Shown piece after piece: positions 9,589-17,259 of a DNA stretch of 37,959 nt. Source of the DNA: a virus (taxonomy: Duplodnaviria > Caudoviricetes). Position 1 is the first letter of the stretch, and every line of letters begins with the position of its first letter. Under the pieces are notes generated by a model. That model worked only from the letters and a program-made list of their open reading frames with translations. It made no database searches and was not told the DNA's origin. Position numbers and translations under genes: made by a program. The stretch covers positions 1 through 37,959 of IMG/VR virus record IMGVR_UViG_3300032312_000921. One strand, written 5' to 3'.

Positions 9589-10097
9589 TAGATGTCGCCG
9601 AGGTGTGCGTTAGCGGTTGCTGATGTGGTAGTAGTGCGGAAGGCAAGTTCTACTAGGTCGAATCCAACCGTGTCCACAATGAAGAAGCCGGTGGTGCCAA
9701 GGCTGGTTGCGTTGAAGATCTTGCAGTCACCCGTTGCCTTGGTAAACGATGCACATCCCAGCATGCTTGCCGTGCCGTTGATTGTTGCACCGCTTGCAGT
9801 ATCAAGGGTGCAGGTCACATCGGTAATGAGGTTGGGGATCCACAATAGGGAGTCGCCACACCACACCCAACCAATCACTCGGATAGAAGGTGAGGTGCCC
9901 GCATTCGTAAAGCGAGGCGACACCTTCATGTAGTTCATTGAACCTGGGACAACAGCACTAGCACCAGAGCTCACTGGTTTGGTGGCAGTAGCGTACTTCA
10001 GGACGTAGGGGGAGACGGTGGTGGAGGTCGAGACGTTCGAACCCTTCAGCGCAAGGAAGTAGGGTCGGTCTGCGGTAACAAGTTGGACGTGTGACAT
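9588..10097 (-). CDS. Putative virion decoration / spike-base protein
   Basis: 169 aa, beta-strand and Thr-rich; TAATG overlap with the spike gene; GAGGA RBS. Confidence 0.6.
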   Translation of the reverse strand: MSHVQLVTADRPYFLALKGSNVSTSTTVSPYVLKYATATKPVSSGASAVVPGSMNYMKVSPRFTNAGTSPSIRVIGWVWCGDSLLWIPNLITDVTCTLDTASGATINGTASMLGCASFTKATGDCKIFNATSLGTTGFFIVDTVGFDLVELAFRTTTTSATANAHLGDI

Positions 10098-10633
10098 GGT
10101 GGTTCCTCAGAAGGGGTGGCTGGTAGTATAGGGGATAAAGCCGCGTTCACCAAGAGCCTGGCTACCCACTCGCCAATCAGTCGGCGCTGCACTGAGCCGT
10201 TGTTTGGCAGGAGGATCAGGCCGATGTTGCGCTCGAAGAGCAGGCGCTGCAAGGAGTCGAAGGCGTTCCACCAGTCGGGCACTCGCTTGTCGCTGGTCAT
10301 CTCCACGAGGCTGCCCTCCAGCATGACGTATGGGTAGAGGCATGCCTTGCGTAGACGATCCAGGCTGGCGATGAATCGCTTGCGGTCGGTTGCATTGAGA
10401 CAATTCTTGGTGATCTCTTGGATGCTGCCCTTCCGCTCGACCAGACAGACCTTCTCGTATCCGAGGAGGGCGTAGTCCCCAGTGTCCAGCTTGTGGGACT
10501 GGGTACTGAGCTTGATGGTCAGGGACACCCGGTTGCTTGGACACTTGTTCGGATCCAGGATAGGCATGTGTGCCGGGATCTGAAGTGGTGTCTGCTCACG
10601 GGTATCCACTAGGACTGTGTAGTCACGCTGCAT
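10046..10633 (-). CDS. ERCC4/XPF-family structure-specific nuclease (putative resolvase)
   Basis: VDTREQ, LDTGDY and VERKG motifs. Confidence 0.9.
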   Translation of the reverse strand: MQRDYTVLVDTREQTPLQIPAHMPILDPNKCPSNRVSLTIKLSTQSHKLDTGDYALLGYEKVCLVERKGSIQEITKNCLNATDRKRFIASLDRLRKACLYPYVMLEGSLVEMTSDKRVPDWWNAFDSLQRLLFERNIGLILLPNNGSVQRRLIGEWVARLLVNAALSPILPATPSEEPPCHTSNLLPQTDPTSLR

Positions 10634-10642
10634 TCCTATAGG

Positions 10643-13015
10643 CTAGTCGATGTCGTACTCAAGCGGGACCACATTCCCATAGTGAGATTGCAGTTTTCCC
10701 CAGTACCCATCGGGGCTGGCTACCTGGGCCACGGCTTCCTTGACCATCGTGCGTAGCGTGTCGCTCTGTCCTGGGGGGACATCGAAGTAGATGGCATCGT
10801 AGACCTGGAGGAACATCAGGATGCGTGGGCCCTGCTTGTTCAGGGTAGGCAGCATGCGGCGCAGGCTGGCTTGGATCTGGAGCAGGGTGTTGCTGGCCTG
10901 GGTCTGGATGGGGAAGTTGACCACCTCATTGAGGTGGGCTGCTGGTCCCCCCACAAAGGTGCGTGACTGGCCGAAGATGGGGAGGAGAAGGTAGCCATCC
11001 GTGGCTACCCGGCTGATGAGGGATTGCTGCCAGCGGTGGAGGCCGGGTCGGGCTGCGGGCCGGGAGTTGGCGACCTGCTCGAAGAAGGGCAGGGGCATCA
11101 GCTCGCCGGTCATCTCATGGACAGACATGCGCATTCGCTGGGGTGAGGCAAGGAAGAGGTCAGCGAAGTTCATGGTCTTGCCCACTTGGCGTTCCCGCTT
11201 CTTGAAGGTGGGGCGGTTGACCGAGTCGAGGCCGAACAACTGGATGGCCCGGTCGGTGTGAAGGTCGAGGCCAGAGGTAAAGGCAGCCATCAGTGAGGGG
11301 TCACCTGAGCAGAGGGCTGCGACACGGAGTTCTACCTGAGAGAGATCCATCGAGATGATCTCACCGGATGGCCAGCGGGACTGGATGCAAGCCTTGATCT
11401 CAGGGGGAAAGGTCTGAGCGGAAGGGTGCTTGCATGTGATCCGGCCTTGAATGGTGCCGCCATCCCCGCCTGATGCGTCCTTCTGGGCGGAAGGCACGGG
11501 GTACCAGACGGGGTAGGCAGCACCGGTTGCTCGGCGGTTAGCCGAATGTGTTGTGGTCCACGTCGTCGTCGAGGTCAATGGAGTCAGTGGTCTTGGCTTG
11601 GACTGTGACCTTGCAGTCACTGATGCCTTCGAGGATGAGCTTGGTGTGGTGCTGGAGTCGCTCGACTTCTGCGTCGACGACTGTGCTGATGCACCTGCGG
11701 TAGACCTTGTCTTCTGGGTACTTGGCAACTCGACGGAGGAGGACGTTGCCCATTGCGTCGAAGACTGCTTTGTTGTTGACGAGGTAGGGCTTGTGCATGT
11801 CGACCATGTCCTTGATGAACTCAAGGAGGTTGAACCTGCAGGTGAGTTGCTCGTCGATGCTGAAGGGATTGGGGAACGTGAAGATGACGTCGACTTGTTC
11901 TGGTTTGATTGATTCGAATCCGGCCATGGGATGACAGTGTCTCCTTTGTTCTCAGGCTGATTGCGCCTGCCATGTAAGAGGGGGTAGATGTAAGAAGAGA
12001 GTTGCTTCTGGGTACGAGCCTGCACGCCAGCGAGCCAGAGGCCACGCGCCTCGGGCGAGCTGGCAGGGAGGTGAGCGAGGATCAGTTGGCGGTTGCCATC
12101 TGACCACGAGATCTGCTTGGTCTTCTCGGTGTACTGAAGAAGGGGGTGAGACAGAATGTCTATTTCCTGGTCGGCCAATTTGCTAATGGTGGTATCGAGG
12201 AACTCGGTCTTGCTCTTGGTCGAGCCGGTGCCCTGCAACTGCAGGCCGCTGGATTGGGCCAGCTTGGTGGACAGTTGGTCCTTCAGGACGAGACGCTGCT
12301 CCATGTCGTGGAGCATGCGGGTGTCCATCGGGATACCGGCCTCGGCCATGCTGATGATGGTCCACAGCAAGTCGGAGTAATGGGTGACTGAGGGCTGGTC
12401 GATCTTGCCAGAGTCTGGCCAGTCCTGGTAGATGCGACGCCGCAGTTCACGAGCAGCAAGCATGGTGTTGTGTGTGTCCTGTGCTGCGTAGCTGATGAAC
12501 TCCGGATCGTGGGGGGACCTGAACTTGCCGTCCTTTATGGTACGCTTGTAGGCATGAGTACCAAGGACAGGACCGAGAGACTTGAGCGATCGTTCTGGGC
12601 GCAGCTCGGAGTGCAGGTAGTTCAGGATGGAGAGGTCGTGAAGGGTGTGACGACCGGAGAGGGCGAAGCGAAGGGCGGGGCTGTAGTGACGGAGGAACTG
12701 CAGGTCGAAGGGCAGGTTCATACCAAGGATGTCGGTAGCCCAGTTGATCCACGAGGTGATGTGATACGCATGCTTGTGTGGGTACATAACCATGGTGCAG
12801 CAGGGTGAGAACGCAGGCTGACCACGACGCTTGCCGCATGGACATGAGGAAGCTTCGGTCGTGACTGCGACCGAGAGGACCAGGTCCTTGGGGGGACACT
12901 GATCTGTGTGCAGTGCACGCGCTGGATGGAAGACCGTCTGTGTGGGGAGGGGTCGGCCATCATGGGTGTGCGTGCAAGCGCCGTAGGTTTCGATGTCAAG
13001 CGAAATGAGTCGCAT
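10643..13015 (-). CDS. polA: Family A DNA polymerase with 3'-5' exonuclease and a ~130-aa Ser/Thr-rich insert
   Basis: ExoI LDIET, ExoII NLPFD, ExoIII YAAQD; GTIQGR; motif A DLSQVELRV; motif B RQVGKTMNF; NFPIQ; motif C QVYD. Confidence 0.92.
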   Translation of the reverse strand: MRLISLDIETYGACTHTHDGRPLPTQTVFHPARALHTDQCPPKDLVLSVAVTTEASSCPCGKRRGQPAFSPCCTMVMYPHKHAYHITSWINWATDILGMNLPFDLQFLRHYSPALRFALSGRHTLHDLSILNYLHSELRPERSLKSLGPVLGTHAYKRTIKDGKFRSPHDPEFISYAAQDTHNTMLAARELRRRIYQDWPDSGKIDQPSVTHYSDLLWTIISMAEAGIPMDTRMLHDMEQRLVLKDQLSTKLAQSSGLQLQGTGSTKSKTEFLDTTISKLADQEIDILSHPLLQYTEKTKQISWSDGNRQLILAHLPASSPEARGLWLAGVQARTQKQLSSYIYPLLHGRRNQPENKGDTVIPWPDSNQSNQNKSTSSSRSPIPSASTSNSPAGSTSLSSSRTWSTCTSPTSSTTKQSSTQWATSSSVELPSTQKTRSTAGASAQSSTQKSSDSSTTPSSSSKASVTARSQSKPRPLTPLTSTTTWTTTHSANRRATGAAYPVWYPVPSAQKDASGGDGGTIQGRITCKHPSAQTFPPEIKACIQSRWPSGEIISMDLSQVELRVAALCSGDPSLMAAFTSGLDLHTDRAIQLFGLDSVNRPTFKKRERQVGKTMNFADLFLASPQRMRMSVHEMTGELMPLPFFEQVANSRPAARPGLHRWQQSLISRVATDGYLLLPIFGQSRTFVGGPAAHLNEVVNFPIQTQASNTLLQIQASLRRMLPTLNKQGPRILMFLQVYDAIYFDVPPGQSDTLRTMVKEAVAQVASPDGYWGKLQSHYGNVVPLEYDID
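11538..11927 (-). CDS. Nested 129-aa hypothetical protein encoded in a shifted frame inside polA
   Basis: Own AAAGGAGACAC RBS; C-ending codon periodicity follows this frame; globular composition with an acidic C-terminal tail. Confidence 0.8.
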   Translation of the reverse strand: MAGFESIKPEQVDVIFTFPNPFSIDEQLTCRFNLLEFIKDMVDMHKPYLVNNKAVFDAMGNVLLRRVAKYPEDKVYRRCISTVVDAEVERLQHHTKLILEGISDCKVTVQAKTTDSIDLDDDVDHNTFG

Positions 13016-13208
13016 GCTTTGTCAATTCCTTCTCTGCTTCACGTCGCAGTCCGTAGGTGGTGAAGTAGATGACGCCTTGATGAACGGAAGCATCACCCTT
13101 GCTGTACTTACGCATCTTGTAGCAGCGGGTGCCGTCGACCTTGGTGCTGCCCTCGTAGATCCAGCCTGCTTCCTTGAGTACGTCGATGCACAGTTGAACG
13201 GGGATCAT
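12996..13208 (-). CDS. Hypothetical protein
   Basis: 70 aa; ATGA overlap with the upstream gene; GGAG RBS. Confidence 0.7.
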   Translation of the reverse strand: MIPVQLCIDVLKEAGWIYEGSTKVDGTRCYKMRKYSKGDASVHQGVIYFTTYGLRREAEKELTKHATHFA

Positions 13209-13393
13209 GTCTCGTACTCCACTTCATCTAGGTATACGGTGCCGTTGAAGGAGAGCATCTGACCGAGCTGCTCGGTCAGTTCGTTGACTTCTTCGGCTTG
13301 GAACTCTGTGTCTTCGACGTCGTGTGCTTCGATGATGATGTAGTAGATGGCCTTCTTAGCGGTACTCGGTTTGTCTTCTTCTTTGTCTGACAT
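13205..13393 (-). CDS. Small acidic hypothetical protein
   Basis: 62 aa; AAGGGA upstream; codon bias. Confidence 0.7.
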   Translation of the reverse strand: MSDKEEDKPSTAKKAIYYIIIEAHDVEDTEFQAEEVNELTEQLGQMLSFNGTVYLDEVEYET

Positions 13394-13554
13394 TGGGTTG
13401 CTTCCCTTAGGTAGGTGTAGAGGATGGAGCGGGCACGGTCGATCAGGTCGAACGCGTATTCCCAGTTGGCAAACTCGTCGAGGGTGTAGTCAAGGAATGC
13501 ATCGTCGAGATCCTTGAGTAGCTCGGTTGCTTCCTTGATGAGGCTCTTCTTCAT
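13276..13554 (-). CDS. Hypothetical protein with run-on tail over the next gene
   Basis: ATGA overlap with the upstream gene; GGAGG RBS; helical N-terminal ~50 aa, then an S/T/K-rich tail. Confidence 0.65.
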   Translation of the reverse strand: MKKSLIKEATELLKDLDDAFLDYTLDEFANWEYAFDLIDRARSILYTYLREATQCQTKKKTNRVPLRRPSTTSSSKHTTSKTQSSKPKKSTN

Positions 13555-13802
13555 TGGTCGTCGGGCCTCCAGTCCCGTGCTTCGTGCTCTTGAATCTTCA
13601 AGAGGAGTTGGGTGTTGCGCTTGTTGAGTTCGCGGTTGCGTGCGTAGCCATGCTCGATCTGGCTGTGACAGTCCTTGACGATCTGCTCGATGCAGTACTC
13701 GATGGTGTTGTATGCACGGAGAGCGGCGTCTTCGTTGGAGTGTCGGTTGCGAAGGACACGCAGCGTGTCACGGATCTCGTCGAGGTTCGCATCTGCTTTC
13801 AT
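13551..13802 (-). CDS. Hypothetical coiled-coil protein (MKADANL...)
   Basis: AAAGGA RBS before ATG at 13802; helical composition. Confidence 0.65.
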   Translation of the reverse strand: MKADANLDEIRDTLRVLRNRHSNEDAALRAYNTIEYCIEQIVKDCHSQIEHGYARNRELNKRNTQLLLKIQEHEARDWRPDDQ

Positions 13803-14010
13803 CTGATTCCTTTGGGTGGATCTGGAGTGTGTCGTTGCGGACGACGGTGACTTGATGATCCATGAAGTGACGGATGCGTCCGTCCTCAAGGACCACTGCA
13901 TAGCAGGCATTGGTGTACATGCCTGGGTTGCATATGTAAAGGAGGTAACCCTCACCGAGTGGGGTGTTCACTGGGATGAGTTGCTGGAACTCGTGTACTT
14001 GGTTGTGCAT
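13768..14010 (-). CDS. Small phage hypothetical protein
   Basis: EF..IPV.TPLGEG...G.IRHF pattern recalled from environmental phages. Confidence 0.7.
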   Translation of the reverse strand: MHNQVHEFQQLIPVNTPLGEGYLLYICNPGMYTNACYAVVLEDGRIRHFMDHQVTVVRNDTLQIHPKESDESRCEPRRDP

Positions 14011-14164
14011 GGATCTTCTCTAGCTCAAATAGTTTTCGCATGGCATGACGAAGCTTCATGATCTCCATGAGTGCTGACTTGCACGATGGGCATAGCGAGG
14101 ACTGTAGCGTTTCGATCAACGTGTCAGTGGGGGGATCATCAGCTTCAGTCTTTGCATTGCGCAT
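13952..14164 (-). CDS. Hypothetical protein with CxxC
   Basis: 70 aa; LCPSCK; starts just after the 14168 stop. Confidence 0.55.
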   Translation of the reverse strand: MRNAKTEADDPPTDTLIETLQSSLCPSCKSALMEIMKLRHAMRKLFELEKIHAQPSTRVPATHPSEHPTR

Positions 14165-14167
14165 GGG

Positions 14168-14443
14168 TCAGTCCATCTTGGGGTTCTTGCGGAACATGCT
14201 GTTGTTCAGGTTGCCCTCTTCCCATGGGGATGGTGGTTCACCACAGATGTCAGTGGTGATGCCGTTGCAGAGGGCGACGAGAAAAGCAAGCTTGATGATC
14301 TCGTCGTTGCCCCAGTACTTCTTGATGTCAGGTCCGTTCTCCAACTTGCACCACTCCTCGCGCCTGTCTTGGAGACACGAGAGTTGCGAATCCAGATGTG
14401 AGCCAATCATGTTGAGTGCAGCGCGGATGGTTGCGTTCTTCAT
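14168..14443 (-). CDS. Hypothetical protein
   Basis: 91 aa; ATGA overlap with the UDG gene; GGAG RBS. Confidence 0.7.
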   Translation of the reverse strand: MKNATIRAALNMIGSHLDSQLSCLQDRREEWCKLENGPDIKKYWGNDEIIKLAFLVALCNGITTDICGEPPSPWEEGNLNNSMFRKNPKMD

Positions 14444-15129
14444 TGGGATACTCCGGTAGGTAGGAAGGGGGTGACGAGGTTGGGGCTGGATGCTACGGGC
14501 ATCTGACCCACGAGGGCTGAGTGGATGAGGGTCATGTGGTCGGACACTGGGTGGAGGAGGTTGCCATCACGGAGGACAGCGGCAGGGTGGAAGGTGGTGA
14601 AGAGTTGCCAGTCCCCCCACAGGTTGGTGGGTGTGCCCTGCCGGGTGAAGGCAGAGGTGAGGGACCATGCCTTGGATGAGGTGAACTTGGTGACGGTCGA
14701 GAGGGCGTGTGCACCACAGGCTAGGAGGATGCGAGGTGTGGTGGGTGAGAGAGCGGAGGCTAGGGATGTGAGGTCGAGCGTTGAGTAGGTGGAGAAGCAG
14801 GTGCGGAACTGCTTGGGCTTGGGTGGTGTGGCCGAGTGGGTATAGCAGCGGGCCGTGTTGAGCAGGACGATGTGTGCGAGGGGGGTGATGTGCTTGAGGT
14901 ATACCTCCTTGAGGAGGCGACCAGATGGACCAACGAATGGTTGGTTGACCTTGTCTTCCTGTAACCCTGGGTTCATTCCGAGCACGGCGACGAGAGGTGT
15001 GGTGCTACTGAAGGGCAGGGATGCTGGAAGATGGACCGATGGTACCCCTGGGTTCCTGGCCTGTGCATGCAACTCGCATGCGGTGCACGAAGGTTGTGCT
15101 GGTTGGAGGATAGGAAGTGGGGTAGTCAT
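14440..15129 (-). CDS. Uracil-DNA glycosylase, family-4-like scaffold
   Basis: CTAC plus two further Cys (NTARC, FRTC); GMNPG..ED...PFVGPSGRLL; FHPAAVLR. Confidence 0.88.
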   Translation of the reverse strand: MTTPLPILQPAQPSCTACELHAQARNPGVPSVHLPASLPFSSTTPLVAVLGMNPGLQEDKVNQPFVGPSGRLLKEVYLKHITPLAHIVLLNTARCYTHSATPPKPKQFRTCFSTYSTLDLTSLASALSPTTPRILLACGAHALSTVTKFTSSKAWSLTSAFTRQGTPTNLWGDWQLFTTFHPAAVLRDGNLLHPVSDHMTLIHSALVGQMPVASSPNLVTPFLPTGVSQ

Positions 15130-15132
15130 GGC

Positions 15133-15687
15133 TTAGTCCTGTTGGTCAAAGGTGTACTTGGGCAGAGTGGCATCACGGTCAGAGACGGAGGGTGCGTTAT
15201 CCCACATGGGGCCAGCAGTGGCGAGGAGGTCGATGTACTCGGCGACGCCTTCGCTGGGTGGGAGGAAGCGAACCTCATCCTTGAGTGGGCCTTCCCACAA
15301 CTTGGCGTAGAGCTGCTCGTCAGTGAGGTGGTTGGTGCGGGTGAGATAGACGTTGAGTGCAGCGAGCGAGTGGATCAGATGGTTGAGATGGAAGGTGAAT
15401 GATCCGCAGGTTTCAACGATGTCCTTCGGTGAAACGATGAGCACGCCAGCGGACTGGAGCATGTCATAGTTGGTGGTGAGTGGGGCTGACTCGAAGTCGT
15501 AGTGAAGAGTAGCCGTCATGTAACAATCGAACTTGCCCTCGTTGACCAGGGTCTCGATGGCTTCCTTGCGGGTAATCATCTGAGGCTTGAGATTGTGTGC
15601 CACCATCCTGCGGATGTCGGATGGTGATGCGCCGGGCAGGATGATTGCGTAGGGGATGGGGCCGAGTGTGTTGGTGAGGTTGGTCAT
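15133..15687 (-). CDS. Hypothetical protein
   Basis: 184 aa; AP.TT, T.HLTD.QLY.KLW and DRD..LP pattern reminiscent of a bacterial hypothetical family; ATGA overlap. Confidence 0.75.
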   Translation of the reverse strand: MTNLTNTLGPIPYAIILPGASPSDIRRMVAHNLKPQMITRKEAIETLVNEGKFDCYMTATLHYDFESAPLTTNYDMLQSAGVLIVSPKDIVETCGSFTFHLNHLIHSLAALNVYLTRTNHLTDEQLYAKLWEGPLKDEVRFLPPSEGVAEYIDLLATAGPMWDNAPSVSDRDATLPKYTFDQQD

Positions 15688-15807
15688 CGGTGTGTGGTGG
15701 GGTAGAGGTTGGTGAGCGGTGCGTCAGGATCTTCGATGGTGTCAGGTGGCATGATGAGTTCCTCACACTGGGGCATGAGGAACGGGCAGACGAAGTCACC
15801 CACTGCG

Positions 15808-16083
15808 TCATTGATCGTGAGCGGTGGGGGGACCTCTGAAGATGAGGGGCGAGAGGTGAGTGGGGTAGGTGAGGGACGAGAGGATCGGACGGGTGAGAGG
15901 CGATAGAGCCAGCGCGTAAGGTACGAGTACGGACTCGTCATTGTCTTCTCCTAGTATGCAGATGACTGGCGATGAGATGCCGCTGGGTGTGGTGGCATCA
16001 ACGAGTGAGATCCAAGGCTGGCCTTGCATGCGGGCTGCCTTGAGAAAGGTGCGGAACGAACGCTCGTGCTGCTTGCTGAGCAT
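15808..16083 (-). CDS. Hypothetical protein (possibly DUF6117-like)
   Basis: 91 aa; F.TFLKAA...VIC...PY pattern; family assignment tentative. Confidence 0.6.
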   Translation of the reverse strand: MLSKQHERSFRTFLKAARMQGQPWISLVDATTPSGISSPVICILGEDNDESVLVPYALALSPLTRPILSSLTYPTHLSPLIFRGPPTAHDQ

Positions 16084-16255
16084 GGGATGTGAATGCTGGG
16101 TAGCGCATTGCTCCTCCTGTAAGGGGTGCGATTGGAAGCCGAAGCCCGGCCCCGCAACAGGCGGGGGCCGGGCGAAGGGTGAGAATGAGATGTGTATTTG
16201 ATGACTTGATGGTTGTGTGTTTGCTGACTTGATGAGCGTGCGTAGTCCTGGCTGT

Positions 16256-16296
16256 AGAAAAGAAAGGCCACCCTCCCGGTTCGGGGAAGGTGGCCC
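16256..16296 (-). terminator. Intrinsic terminator
   Basis: Minus strand GGCCACCTTCCCC-GAACC-GGGAGGGTGGCC then TTTCTTTTCT, just after the 16314 stop. Confidence 0.7.
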
Positions 16297-16313
16297 AGAG
16301 ACACATGGTCTGG

Positions 16314-16637
16314 TCAGAAGGGTGTGTCACCTCGGTGAGGTGAGGGTTCTTCTGGGAAGATTGCTGCCCACTCGGATGGCGTGAAGCCGGAGATGAGGAA
16401 CTCCCGTTCGTCGGGGTTCAGGAATGACAAGCATGTCTGTATAGGCTTGCGCTTGATGCGCCAGTCGAGGATGCCGATGCAGAGATCACGAGTGGGGTGG
16501 TAGTTGGTCTTCCATTTGTGGTTGGAGATACAGGCTTGAGACTGATCGTCGATGTTGAACATGATCTCGTGGCCGGGGATCAGACAGGACTGTGCTGATC
16601 TGCGGAGCGTGAGAAGCATGGGATCAGTGGGCTTCAA
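16314..16637 (-). CDS. Small phage hypothetical protein
   Basis: IQ....L.PDEREFLISG.TP.EW..IF motif recalled from phages; AAGGAG before TTG at 16637 (alternative ATG at 16619). Confidence 0.7.
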   Translation of the reverse strand: MKPTDPMLLTLRRSAQSCLIPGHEIMFNIDDQSQACISNHKWKTNYHPTRDLCIGILDWRIKRKPIQTCLSFLNPDEREFLISGFTPSEWAAIFPEEPSPHRGDTPF

Positions 16638-17166
16638 GGATTTCTCCTTCTGTGTGGATGATTGAGACTGTCCAAGAGGAAGCGGGATCGCGTGTGACCT
16701 TGCGCCATGCCTTGCCACGAATGGCCTTGGCACGGGGCGGCAGGTCGTCGATCTCGGAGGGTTGCCTCTCCTCGCGGATGATCTTGCGGATCTTGGAACG
16801 TGGGATACCCAGAACGATGTAGGTGTCTGCGATGGTGCCGGTCGACCAGTCTATGAGATCGGCTTGGCCGCTGTCAATGAGGAGTTGGTCTGCTTGGGCA
16901 CGGAGGAACCGGGCATGACGACGGATGGCGAGGAGTCGCTCGTCATCGCAGGTGCGACGACCAAGGTTGGGAGTGTCGACCGAGTCACGGTCTACCATGG
17001 CGACGGGCGATGGGTCAGTGAATGCGTGGTCACGCATGTCGACTTGCCATGGCACGTTGGAACCGATGCCGAGTTCGCCGGCGAGGCGAGCGAGGTCGCC
17101 TGGTGAGACGCGTGATTGGCGGACGAGACGGATCTCGTCGTCGATGTACGGAATGCAGAGTGGCAT
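16624..17166 (-). CDS. Hypothetical early protein
   Basis: 180 aa; AGGAGACACACAC leader. Confidence 0.8.
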   Translation of the reverse strand: MPLCIPYIDDEIRLVRQSRVSPGDLARLAGELGIGSNVPWQVDMRDHAFTDPSPVAMVDRDSVDTPNLGRRTCDDERLLAIRRHARFLRAQADQLLIDSGQADLIDWSTGTIADTYIVLGIPRSKIRKIIREERQPSEIDDLPPRAKAIRGKAWRKVTRDPASSWTVSIIHTEGEILEAH

Positions 17167-17259
17167 GTGTGTGTCTCCTGGTTGTGTGTTGTGGGGGGTA
17201 GAAGTCGTGTCTCCCTACCGCCTAGGCGTAGACGGTAGGGAGACAGAGGACTGGGTTGG

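Noticed and set aside
11553-11912. + strand 119-aa ORF within polA
   Set aside because: It is the in-register antisense shadow of the nested gene, which supports the nested frame being the codon-biased one.
11538-11927. polA insert as an intein or a group I/II intron
   Set aside because: The pol-frame insert has no intein splicing blocks. The HN-T near the end of the nested ORF is in the wrong frame and lacks the other blocks. The insert is essentially all ORF, with no room for a ribozyme core and no homing-endonuclease motif.
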